The position numbers and the translations under genes were made by a program. Under the pieces are notes generated by a model, which was not told where the DNA came from, made no database searches, and saw only the letters and a program-made list of their open reading frames with translations. Shown one piece after another: positions 1 through 13,784 of a stretch of 64,000 nucleotides of DNA. Origin of the DNA: the human T2T-CHM13v2.0 reference genome, Homo sapiens; NCBI RefSeq assembly GCF_009914755.1, contig NC_060947.1; one strand, 5' to 3'. The first letter of the stretch is position 1. Every line of letters begins with the position of its first letter.

Positions 1-1690
1 ATTGTCAGACTGGGCCCCTTTACTGTTTTTAACCCTCACATTTGTCCACACATTGCCTCCGGCATTTTATCAATTATGGTGTAAGAAAGATTTCCTGTCT
101 TGGTTCTGGTTCCCATGGAGGTGTCTGCTCTCGGGCTTCTACTCCATTGAGTTGTGATTCTCATTATCTACCTGTCTGTTCCTTCAATTTGGGGAATAGC
201 ACTTTGCCTTGTGACCTCACTTCTAGGTTAGCTCTAAGAAGAATTGTTGATTTTGTTTGATAAGATTTTTTCTTGTTGTAGGATGGAAGTGATGAATTCC
301 AAGCTCCTTACATGCCAAACTGAAAACTAAAGTCTCCATTGATTACTTTTTATTATGCGATTAATGTGTAAACATATTTATTATATTAAGGGTGAACATG
401 TTACCAAATGGTAGTCTCCTTTGATAACCTCCCCTAAATCTTCGTCCCCATGTTCACTTCAGAGATAAGCATATGGGTTTGGTCTGTAACCTTTTAAATC
501 ATTGTCAATGCATTAATATATATATAAAACTGTACCCACGCAAAATATACAGGACTATTTACTGTCATTTTTGTTTATTTTTACCTTCTCTCTTCTTTTA
601 ATTAAACTTGTCAGTTTGTATTTTAATAGGTTTTTTTGAAATTACTAAATTTTTTTGTTCTATGGATGATATTTTTTCTCTCCTTGTCTTCAGCTTCTAT
701 ATGTATTAATTTTTTCAGCTTGATACATGTTCATTTCTCTGTATTCTTTCTAGTTTTATATTCCAATACTTAATTCATTATTTTTAATATTCAAATACAT
801 TACTTTCTTAATAAAACATTCACTACATCAGACAGGTACTGTTTATATTGTTTACTTCTAAATACATTTTAAAAATTCTTCTTCAATTTATCTTTGATGA
901 AAGAGTATTTTAGAAGTGCATTCTTTTAGTTTTTGTATAGAATTTATGGATCACCTTTTTAAAAATGATTGCTAAATTTTTGAATTGTAGTGTGTGGATA
1001 TGGTTGGTATGATGTGATTATTTCTAATTTGTCAGGACATCCATGTGAATTTCTGCAAGTGTTCCAACTATGTTTTTTTACCTTACCTTCAAATCAAGAA
1101 TATGTTTTATTTTAAATGTACTCATTCATGTGATTACTCAAATCCTCTATAAATTTATTTGATGTATTTAATTATTGGTTTCTAAGAAAGATCTGCTCAT
1201 GTCTCTTACCATATTGCATACTTTTTCAAATTCACCTCGAGGGTAAATCAATATTTGCTTTCCTTTAGTAAAAATATTTTGAGAATGTAAATAAATGTTC
1301 ATGACTTTTATATATTTTATTTGATTTTTCTTTACCAACACATAATATCAAACTTTGTTTCTCTTAATGCTTTCTATGATAAAAACTATTTTGTCTACAC
1401 CTACTTTTATGTTTAACATTTACCTGGTACTTTAAAAAATTCATTTATTTTCCACATTTTTGTGTCATTTTAGTTAGGTGCCACACTTATGAAAAGCCAT
1501 TCTTGAACTTTTTAGAAAGCCAATTTGAAGATCTTTGACTTTTAATAGATGAGATGAACCAATTAGCATTTATCTGAACACTGGCTTATTTGGCTTTATT
1601 TCTGCCATTGTATTTTGTGCTTCCCTTTAATAATTTTATTCCATATTTATGTTGGGTGATCAAATTTATTTATATTATTTATGCTTTAAG
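1..1690 (-). mobile_element. Old L1M fragments
   Basis: T-rich degenerate L1-like sequence; L1M 5'-end-like motif 'tccaagctccttacatgcc' near 300. Boundaries approximate. Confidence 0.45.
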
Positions 1691-3755
1691 GAGGTTCTAT
1701 TTTGGTGTATTTTGAGGATTTGTTTCAAGATTTAGAACTCCTCTTAGGAGTTCTTATAGTGCTGGCTTGGTAGTGGTGAATTCTCTCAGCATTTTTTTTT
1801 GTCTGGAAAAGACTGTATCTTTCTTTCATTTATGAAGCTTAGTCTGGATAGAAAATTCTTGGCAGGTAATTGTTTTGTTTAAGGACGCTAAAAATAGGAC
1901 CCCGATCCCTTCTAGCTTGTAGGGTTTCTGCTGAGAAATCTGTTAATCTGGTAGGTTTTACTTTATAGGTTACCTAATGCATTTGCTTCACAGCTCTTAA
2001 GATTCTTTCCTTCATCTTGACTTCGAATAACCTGATGACTGTGTGCCTAGGTGATGATCTTTTTGCGATGAATTTCCTAGGTGTTCTTTGAGCTTCTTGT
2101 ATTTTGATGTCTAAATCTCTAACAAGGCCAGGGAAGTTTTCTTCAATTCTTCCCTCAAATATGTTTTCCAACCTTTTAGATTTCTCTTCTTCCTCAGGAA
2201 CACCAATTATTCTCAAGTTTGAACATTTAACATAGTCCCAAACTTCTTGGAGGATTTGTTCATTTTTGAAAATTCTTTTTTCTTTGTCGTTGACAGATTT
2301 GGTTAATTCGAAAGCCTTGTCTTTGAGCTATGAAGTTCTTTGTTCTGTTTGTTCTATTTTGTTTCTTAGACTTTCCGGTGCATTTTGCATTTCCCTAAGT
2401 GCGTCCTTGATTTCCAGAAGTTGTAATTGTTTTTTTATTTATGCTTTCTATTTCACTGAAGAGTTTTCCTTTCATATCCTGTATCATGTTAACTTCATCT
2501 TTCTCTGGTCCCTCCTTGATTAGCTTAGTAATTGACCACCTGAATTAATTTTCTGGCAATTCAGATATTTCGTTTTGGTTTGGATCCATTGCCGGTGAGC
2601 TGGTATGATCTTTTGGGGGTGTTAAAGAACCTTGTTTTGTCATATTACCAGAATTGTTTTTCTAGTTTCTTTTCTTTTAAGTAGACTATGTCAGAAGGAA
2701 GATCTGGGATTTAAGGGCTGCCGTTCAGATTCTTTTATCCCACGGGGTGCTCCCATGATGTGTGTTCTCCTTTTTCCCCTAGGAATGGGACTTTCTTGGA
2801 GCTGAACTGTAGCAATTGTTTTTGCTCTCTTGGGTCTAGCCACCCAGTGGAGCTACCGGGCTCCAGGCCAGTACTGGGGAGTGTCTGCAAAGAGTCCTGT
2901 GATATGATCCATCTTCAGGTCTTGCAGCCGTGGATACCAGCACCTGCTCCAGTGGGGGTAGCAAGGGAGTGAAGTGGACTCTGTGAGGGTGCTTGGTTGT
3001 GTTTTTGTTTAGTGTGCTGGTTTTGTGTTGGTTGGCCTCCAGCCAGCAGATGGCACTTTCAAGAACACATCAGCTGCGGTCCTATAGGGAGGATGCAAGC
3101 TTGCCCAAGGGACACCTGGTTAAGTGTTCAGGTTTCTCAGGTGGTGGGCAGGGCCATAGAGCTCCCAAGAGATTATGACCTTCGTCTTCAGCTGCCAGAG
3201 CAGTTAGAGAAAGACCACTGGGTGTGGGCAGGGGTGAGCGTGTCTGAACTCAGCCTCTTCTTGGGTGGGGTTCACTGCAGCTGCTGTGGGCATGGGAGTG
3301 TGGTTCCCAGTCCAGTGGAGTTATATTCCCAGGAGGATTATGGCTGCCTCTTCTGAGTCATACATGTCGCCATGGAAGTGGGGGAAAGCTCGCAGTCACA
3401 GGCTTCACCCTACTCCCACAGAGCCCACAGTCCCAAAGGCCTGTCTCACTCCCACCATGCCCCATCAACAGCACTAAGTCTATTTCCAGGCAGCCAGTGG
3501 CCAGGGCTGAGAACTTGCCCCAGACCATAAGCCTCCCAGTTGAGAAAGCAAACAGACTCAGAGTTTTTCGGCATCTCAGGGAGCCTGCAAGGGTTATCCA
3601 GGTCCTTCAAAGTGTCTGTGGATTCTCTCAGCTTTCCTGGTATGTTTTTGCTGTAGTTCTTGGGACAAAAGTCCACAATCTGAGTCTCCACATGCTGCTC
3701 TGTCAATCCAAGTGGGAGCTGCAAGCTAGTCCTGCCTCCTATCTGCCATCTTAAT
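1690..3755 (-). mobile_element. L1PB-type LINE-1 5' portion (5'UTR plus ORF1 remnant)
   Basis: ORF 1974-2216 (IIGVPEEEEKSK...ENFPGLVRDLDIKIQEAQRTP) is ORF1p-like. The minus strand begins 'aagatggcagataggaggcaggactagcttgcagctccc' at ~3752, an L1PB-like 5' end. Confidence 0.85.
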
Positions 3756-3879
3756 CTGTCTCTGAATCGTAAGCTTGAGAATAGTCTTTTATGACTTACG
3801 TCCTGGTATTTGGATATGCTAGGGGTGGAAGTTGAGCTTCCAAGGCCCCAAGAAGCCCCAGGTTTTGCTGAGCATAACC

Positions 3880-5064
3880 CATGCAATAGCTGTTATGCTT
3901 GGAGTTGTATACTATTGGCTCTACCAGGATGAAATTGCACACTGGTGACTTTACTGATTTGAGGCCTTGGAGGTGACTCTATCCTCATGGCTCCTCTAGA
4001 CATTGCCCTAGTGGGGTCTCTCTGCAGTGACACAGCCCCAGTGGCCTGCGTTCCAAGGCCCTTTAAGGCGTGCTTTGAAATGTAGGTGGAGGCAGTAATG
4101 TCCCCACAGCTCGTGCACTTTGTGCCCCCATGGAGATGGCACTGTACCAATGCTGTCATGGTTTACCATGAGTGCCTTCTGCAGGGGCAGCATGAGCCAC
4201 ACCTGGCTTTCTTGAGCCACAGCTGGAATGGCCAAGGAGTGAGTGCTGTACTGGAATGAGAGGAGCAGAGAGTTGAAATCATCCTGCTCCCAAGACCCTG
4301 ACATTCTCAGCCTGTGATAGGTGGGGCAGTCCCAGAGATTCAGGGTTATTCTTTCATTGTCTTGATGAATAGTATCTGCTATTAATCTAATACTAATTTT
4401 CTTATCAAACTAATCTCCTTATTAAACAGTTGCTTAGCTATAGCCTTGGTAGGCTCTCCTGAACACACTTTTTAATTATATGGCTAGGCTGATAATTTTC
4501 TAAATTTTTATATTCTGCTTCTCTTTTGATTATAAAGTCTATCTTTAACTTTTTCTTCCTTCTCGCATTTTACTATAATCAGTTAAGAGAAGCCACGCAG
4601 CACCCTCAACACTTTGCTTAGATATTTCTTCTGCCAAATACCCTAGTTCATCATTCTTAAATTCTACCTTACCCAAAAGTGGTAGGATAGCAACACCGTT
4701 CAGCCGAGTTTTTTTTTTTTTTTTTCACTTTGTAACAAGGATGGCCTTTCCCACAGTTTCCAATAAGATATTCCTCATTTTCATCTAAGGCCTCATCAGA
4801 ATGGCCTTTATTATCCATGTTTGTACCAACATTTTGTTCATAACCACTTTGATAATTTCTAAGATTGAGGCTTTTTGTATAGCTCTCCTCTTCTTATGAG
4901 CTTTCACCAGAATTGTCCTTAATTCTCCACTTATGGCAATACAAGCTTTTTCCAGCATTAATTTCACAACTGTTCCTGTCCCTATCCATTACCCACTTCC
5001 AAGGCTGCTTCCACATCTTTAGGTATTTGTTATAGCAGTGCCTCCACTTCTTAGGACCAATATC
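3880..5064 (-). mobile_element. MaLR (MST-type) internal sequence
   Basis: Typical MaLR-int phrases ('ctgttccaacctct'-like, 'cccacttccaaggctgcttccacatctttaggtatttgttatagcag') directly abutting the LTR. Confidence 0.75.
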
Positions 5065-5450
5065 TGTCTTAGTGTCTTTGTGCTACTATAAGATAATAAC
5101 ACAAACTGGGTTATTTATAAAACTATATGTCTATTTCTCACAGTTCTGGAGGCTAGGAAGTTCAAGATCAAGGTGCCAACAGGTTTGGTGTCTGGTGAGA
5201 GCCTGGTCTTTGCTTCCAAGATGGCATCTTATTGCTGCATCTTCCACTGGGGATGAACACTGTGTCCTTACATGCTGAAAGGGGAGAAGAAAGTGAAACC
5301 ACTCCCTCAAGTCCTTTTATAAGGGCCACAATCCATTCATAAGGGTGGAGCCTTCATGACTTAATCACTTTTCAATAGCTCCTGACTCTTAATACGATCA
5401 CTTTAGGGGTCAGGTTTCAACATATGAATTTTGGGGCCACATACATTCAG
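5065..5450 (-). mobile_element. MST-family LTR
   Basis: 'tgtcttagt...tctcacagttctggaggctaggaagttcaagatcaaggtgcc...ggtttcaacatatgaattttgggg'. Confidence 0.85.
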
Positions 5451-6260
5451 AAAAACTTTTATAAAAGAAATACCAATTCTTCACAAACACTTAAAAAAAC
5501 AAAGATAAAGGAACATTTCCCAGCTCATTCTGTAAAGCCAGCATTGCCTTCGTATCAATCCAGATAATGAAATCAAAAGAAGATAGATAAATCTATAGAC
5601 CAATATCCCTTTTCCTCAACAAAATACTAACAAACTGAAACAAATAATATATAAAAAGAATTATTAAACACCATAGGCAAGTGGTATTTATCCCATAAAT
5701 GCAAGATTTGCTCAATGTCCACAAATAAATTAATAAAATATTCAGTATCATTATAATAAAGGAAGGAAAATTTGTTATCTCCATAGATGCAGAAAAGGCT
5801 TTTGAAAAATTCAACATCCCTTAATGATTAAAAAAAAAAAACAAAACACCTTTAAACCTAGGAATGAGAAGGAGCTTCCTGTGCCTGATAACAGGCATCT
5901 ATAAAAGCACCCATTGCTACCGTCATCATTATACTTGATAGTGGAAGTCTGGATCCTCTCCCTGTAATATCAGGAATAAGATGAATATTTTGGCTCTAAC
6001 TACTTGTATTCATCATTGTACTGGAGGTGCCAGCCACGGCAATTAGGCAGGAAATGAATTGAAAGCATCCATATCAGAAAGGAAAAGGTAAAACTACCAC
6101 TATTTAGCATTAATAAAATAGTTCTTCAAGGTTGAAGGATACAAGACCAATATACAAAAATTCATTACATTTCTATACATTTGCAAAACTGTAGTTAAGA
6201 AAATCATTCCATTTACAATAGCAACAAAATAGATAAAATATCTAAGAATAAATTTAAACA
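5451..6260 (+). mobile_element. L1M ORF2 (RT region) fragment
   Basis: 'atctccatagatgcagaaaaggcttttgaaaaattcaacatccc' encodes [15 protein letters not shown]; degenerate. Confidence 0.8.
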
Positions 6261-6541
6261 ACTTGTGGGTTCATTTTTTTTAGTGGCATACTCTAGAAAT
6301 TACAACATGCATTCTTAGTTTAGTAAACCTAATATAAATTAGAATTTTTCTACTTCCTGGACAATTAAAAAACTTTAGGTTAACTTCATTTAATACCCTT
6401 GCATTTTGTGTTGTCTTTGTCACATATCTTAATCATACATAACCTGCAAATATTTAATGTTCCACATGATATAATTGTTATTTCCTTTAATGCTGGCCTG
6501 CTGATAATGAATTTCCTGGTTTTTACCTTAGAAAGTTATTA

Positions 6542-6890
<349 letters not shown>

Positions 6891-7067
6891 TTACTATACA
6901 TATGATAAAATGCAAAAAATTAAATGTACAGTTTGATGGGTTTTAACAAATACATACACCCATGTAACCACTACTAAATCAAGATGTGAAACATTTCTAG
7001 GACTCAAGAAAGTTATCTCATACCCCTTTGTAGCAATCACCCCAATCTTCCAGAGTAACCACTACTC

Positions 7068-8235
7068 TTTTTTTTTCAGCTGAATTAGTCTCTTTTTATT
7101 CTCCTGATAATCTCTTCCAAAGTTAACTACTTCCATTGTAGGTGAGGAAATGTATAAGACTTCATTTCAAATGTTGGCACTGCCATAAGCATGGTCTTTC
7201 CTTTTATTGCAACTCAGAATTAAAACTTTAGATTCTTGGATTTTTTATATTCCAGTCCTAGAAGTAATTTCCACTGAAGAAGTTATCTGACGACAGTCTT
7301 ATTTTTCTAGTAGTGCCTTATAACCCGGCTCTAGCTTCTCCAGGAACACTACAGATGTATTTAGCTTAAATATATATTAAACTAAAAGGTACTCTCTGAA
7401 ATGAGTTTAAATGCATTTTATTTTTAGACAACCTACATGACATGTTTTTCCTAAAGACAATGCCTCCACTCCGAGTAAGTCACAGTCAAAGTAAATGAAG
7501 AGCCCAAGATGACATCAGTTCCATTTGTCGTAAGTCCTGGTGTTATGTGGATGACAAAAAGCAGCTAGTTTTGATGACAGGTGATAAATTCAAAGTAATT
7601 GCCAAATTACTAGTTAATAATTTTTCATTTCCAAATCATCCTTAAAGAAAAGCATATGTAGGATCACAGTGTCCTCACAGTAGTCCAGTAGAGCAACAAC
7701 GCTGTCAAGATTCTTGTTTTCACCAATAAAGAACTGGTAGATTTTGAAATTGCAAGGATGTGCTTGATTTGTTCAGCAACCCCTTTCATGAAAGGTTTTA
7801 CTCTTTCTGATCTCTGTTCTTCATGTTTGCCTTTGATTGATTTGATTTCATGTAATATGTTATGCATTTCTTACAGGCTTCTTTTGTGAAGCTTGTTTCC
7901 TGTAAGTGATAGTGCATGACATCAACACCAGTGATAACTGTGCTTTGGGTTTCTTCACCCTCGGGGACTTCAGTAGAGGCGTTTCTACCAATGAGCGAGC
8001 CATCAATGTTATCCTCTGTCCTACTGACTATCTTCCCCTCCACCTCCAGGCACGGCCCTTTTGTGATCTCCTGGTTCTTGTAAATCTCACTGTGGCTGAT
8101 GAGGTCTGGATAGATAATCATGATGGTGGCTGAAGAGAGACAATGGTGGTGCTAGGTTACCAGTGGCGTGGAGCTCAGAGCTAATGCAGAGCAGCTGGAG
8201 CAGTGCTGAGGTAAGTGGGAGAGCGGGCAGAAAAG
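7068..8235 (-). pseudogene. TPT1: TPT1 (TCTP) processed pseudogene, full length, long 3'UTR isoform; CDS remnant 7614-8121
   Basis: ORFs 7798-8121 ([10 protein letters not shown]...[13 protein letters not shown]...[10 protein letters not shown]) and 7664-7867 ([27 protein letters not shown]) match TCTP. Intronless and frameshifted, ends [11 protein letters not shown]. 5' TOP 'cttttctgcccgctctccc', poly(T) at ~7068-7076, degenerate TSD core 'gtaacca' on both sides. Confidence 0.96.
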
Positions 8236-9671
<1,436 letters not shown>

Positions 9672-10304
9672 GTATTATTACTATTTTTCTGATTGTGCCT
9701 TTTTATCCCTGATTGTTTTTGTTTTAGAAGTTTTACTGTGATCTTCTGAGATCTGAATTTCCTTGTACTTATTCTATTTTGGGTTCATAATACTCTTGAA
9801 TGATGCTTTCTGTTTTTGGTTTATTGAGAAAGATTTTTGAGTATCATTTACTCAAATATTGCTTCCTCCGTATTATTTCTCGCATAGCTTTGTAGGTTGC
9901 CAATTAAATATATGTCAGGAGGACATCCCCTGTTTCTCTAAAACTCTTTTCTAAATGTTCCACCTGCTTTTTTCCTCTTTGTCACTGCATACATTTTTTT
10001 CACCTGTCAGTTTAATGGTCCTCACTTCAGCTGTGTTTAACATGCCATTTTCCACATCCATTGGGTTAACTTCAGTTGTATTCTTCTCTAATTCTATAGT
10101 TCTATATGTTTTTATAAATTTAAAATGTATGCTCAATTTTGTCACATTTTTCTTATATTTTTGAACATGTCATATCAGTTATTTAATTAATATTATATTA
10201 CAAAAACTCAAAATATAGAACAACTGCAAGTTTATTGCACAGAATGTTCTTATAACCTTCACATAAATCCATCAATAATTTACATTTGGCATTTGCTTTG
10301 GTGC

Positions 10305-10338
10305 TCTGTGTACGTGTGTGTGTGTGTGTGTGTGTGTG
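10305..10338. repeat. (TG)n microsatellite
   Basis: Seen directly. Confidence 0.9.
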
Positions 10339-10395
10339 ATTATTATTATTTATTTTGCTGAACCTTTTAAGAGTGCGTTGTGTGTATGAACCTCT

Positions 10396-11364
10396 ATAGT
10401 GGATTGAATAGTGGATCTCCAAAATATATGTTCACCTAGAACCTCAGAATTATGACTTTATTTGGAGTTAGTTATTTGCAGATACAATTAAGATAAGGAG
10501 CTTGAAATGAGCCCTTAAAGTCAATGAAGGATGTGCTTATAAGAAACAGAAAAGGAGAAAATACAAAAACGCAGAAGGAAACCATATGCAGTGGAGGTAG
10601 AGACTGTAATTATGGTGCAACAAACCAAAAGACGCCAGGATACACCAGAAGCTGGAAGAGACAAGGAAGAAGTCTCCCATAGGGACACCAGGAGGATCAT
10701 GGTCCTGCTGACATTTTGATTTCAGGCATCTGGCCTCCAAAACTGAGAGAATAAACTTGCATTGTTTTAAGCTGCCACCATATTTGTACAGTAGTCCTCC
10801 TTGCCTGTGGTTTCATTTTCTGTGGTGTCAGTTAGTTACCTCCTGCAGTCAATCATGGCTTGAAAATATTAGATGGGAAATTACAGAAATAACTCATAAG
10901 TTTTAAATTGAATGTCATACTGAGTATTGTGATGAAATCTCGACATCCCACTATATGCTGCATTGGAATCATCCATTTGTCTAGTGTAACCATAGTGTAT
11001 AAGCTGCCCACCTTTCAGTCATTTAATAGCCAACTCAGCTATCAGATTGACTGCGGCAATATTGCAGTGCTTGTTTTCAAGTAACCCTTATTTTACTTAA
11101 CAATGCCCCCCAAATGCAAGGGTAGTGAGGCTGGCATATTATAACTGTTTAATTTTATTATTATAGTTGTTAATCTCTTACTGTGCCGAATTTATAAATT
11201 AAACTTTATTATAGGTATGTATGTATAAGAGAAAACATTGTATATACAATATTTGATACTATCTGCGGTTTTGAGCATCCACTGGCTGTCTTGGAACATA
11301 TACTTCATGGAGAAGAGGGGACTACTTTAATAATACCTTACAGCAGTCATAGTAAACTAATTCA
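10396..11364 (+). mobile_element. MLT1 (C-like) LTR interrupted by MER44
   Basis: 'gtggattgaatagtgg...ggcctccaaaactgagagaataaac...ttacagcagtcatagtaaactaattca'. Confidence 0.8.
10789..11327. mobile_element. MER44 (Tigger7-derived) DNA transposon
   Basis: TIRs 'cagtagtcctccttg' / 'gaagaggggactactt', TA flanks, ~540 bp. Confidence 0.85.
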
Positions 11365-12741
11365 ACCCCAAAATATTTCACCATGTATATCCTGGAGCAA
11401 AGATATTCTTCAATATGTGTACAGTACAATTATCAAGTGAGAGCAGTTAACATTGTTATGGCACTATTATCTAATATACACTTCTTACCTAATTTCTCCA
11501 TTTGCCTGACTAGTACTATTTGTAGAATTTAATTTATTCAATTCAGGATCTAATCCAGAATTAAACGTTGCATTTACATGTCTTTAGGCTACTTGAATCT
11601 GAAATAGCACCTCAGTTTTTGTTTTTAAAACATTGATTTTTTTAAGAATATAGGTCAGTTGTTTTGTAAATTGTCCCTCAATTCTTCTCTGATTGTATTC
11701 TCATTTGCAGTTTCAAAACGTGTTGGAAAAAATATTATATGAATGATGCTATTTTTTTCACTGAATCACATCAAGAAGCACATGATGTTAAGCTGTCTCA
11801 TCATTGGTGGTGTTAACTTGGATCGCTTGATTAAGGTGATGCCTTTCATATTTATATACTACAAAGTTAGCCCTTTTTAATCAATAAGTAATCTATTCAG
11901 AGATAAATGAGAACTGCATAAATATCTTGGTAACAAACAAGTTTTACCCAATATTGTTTTCCTCCATTGATGATTCTTGCCTTAATCAATTATTACCATG
12001 ACAGTAGCAAAATAGTGATATTTTAGTTATCATTTCTTGTACATGTATTAGTTTTACATAGTAAACAAAAGCGTTTCCTCCTCTCATTTTCTCTTTCTCT
12101 CCCTTCTTTCCATCCATTCTTCCTTCCTTTCTATTTCTGTCTGTCTCTGTCTCTGTCTCTGTGCCTCTCTGTCTCCTTTGCCCTTCTCATTGTCCGTTTT
12201 TATTTATATTTCTTAATGTGTGGATTCATAAACTATTCTTTTCAATTGCATTATAATCTGTTACTGTCATTTTTTATTGTACCAGATTTAGCCAGTATGA
12301 GCTAACAATTTCTAATTTTAATCCAACATTTTAAATCACATGGTCTTCTTCATCTTCTCTGTTTACATATTCGTATTTACTTCCTTTCACAATCATAATC
12401 TTGCCTCCCTCCCCCAAAGGAATATATTTTCTTCTATGGGACACCAAAGATAATAGATTTTAATTTAGTTTTAGAGTTTTCCAAAATGTTTGTTGATTTA
12501 ATTTTATTTTTGATTATGTATTAATTGAACATGCTTCCAGTTTTCAAAATTATATGAAATGATATATACAGAGAATTGCCACTCAATCTTCTCTTCTTCC
12601 CATATTATTGTCACTTCTTGCCTGTGGTTAACCAATTTCACTGGATTCTGGTTATCCTTGCGTTTATTTTTTAAAATATGTAAGTTATATGTTATTATAT
12701 ATGTTTTTCCCTTAAAATTTTTCCTGATAATCCATATCGGG

Positions 12742-12797
12742 CCATAGAGATCTCCTTTATTACTTCCTGCCATAGAGATCTCCTTTATTACTTCCTG
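12742..12797. repeat. Perfect 28-bp tandem duplication
   Basis: ccatagagatctcctttattacttcctg x2. Confidence 0.95.
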
Positions 12798-12822
12798 CGT
12801 AGTAATCCATTGTGTATATATA

Positions 12823-12901
12823 TTAGGTTGGTGCAAAAGTCGTTGCAGTTTTTGCAATTACTTTTAATGGCAAAAACTGCAATTACTTTTGCACCAACAT
12901 A
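12823..12901. mobile_element. MADE1 (Hsmar1-derived MITE), palindromic, miR-548-type hairpin
   Basis: ttaggttggtgcaaaagt...acttttgcaccaac, ~80-bp inverted repeat in TA context. Confidence 0.95.
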
Positions 12902-12911
12902 CATCGTTTAG

Positions 12912-13018
12912 CCCGAGAACTACTCACTCTGGGTCTCCTCTCCACTGAGGGCTGCACACATGCCGGGATGACCTGCCTGTGGAAAGGAGCTACAACTTCA
13001 GGTCTCCTGAGAGCTGTA
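12912..13018 (+). mobile_element. Isolated ~105-bp MER52-like LTR fragment
   Basis: Aligns to 14711-14814 of the downstream LTR (gggtctcctctc...cctgtggaaagg...ggtctcctgagagctgta). Confidence 0.85.
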
Positions 13019-13784
13019 GGTAGGTTAGTTTTGCATCGTTGATTTAAGCAATTTTCTATGTATGGGCGTTTACATGGTATCCAATAATTTGTTATATAAC
13101 ACATAATATCCCAATGCATGAAGGCACAAATATGTATTTTCTTGCTGTTGGTGGTGTATGTTGGGGGTGAATTCCTAAAGTGATATTGTTTGGTCAAAAG
13201 TTAAATGTATATGTAGTTTTTGGGTTACTATTGGTAACTTTCCTTCCATAGGATTTGTACCATTTTGCTTTCCCATTAGCAATGTGTAGGAATGCCTGTT
13301 TCCCTGTAGCCTCCCCAACAGCTTGTGTTATCAAGATTTTGGATATTTAACAAACTTGAAGGTGAGAAATTACATTTATTAATTTGTATCTTATTTTTAG
13401 TAATGTTTAATAATTTATATGCTTCAGATTATTTTATATCTATCTGAGATTTATCTATTTAATATATCTGAGATTTATCTATTAATGATTCTTGCCCCAT
13501 TTTCCATCAATTTTTGGTCTTAATTTATTTTTCTTTTCATAATGTGATTTTCCTTGATTATGTATTACAAATGTATTCTAGTTTGTCTTTTTACTGACAC
13601 TGCTTACAGTTGGCATTGCTATTATTTTTGCTTTGGAAAGGTTTGCTAAATGAATTCATTTTTATTTTAGAGGAGTTAAAATTTTCAGTGTTTTCTTTTA
13701 TTGTGTTGCAATTTTGGATCATTATTACAAAACATTGTTTTTTAGAGCCAGATTACAAATTACCCCACATTTTCTTCTAATGCA

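Noticed and set aside
7614-8121. Functional TPT1 retrogene
   Set aside because: Frameshifts, codon deletions and many substitutions.
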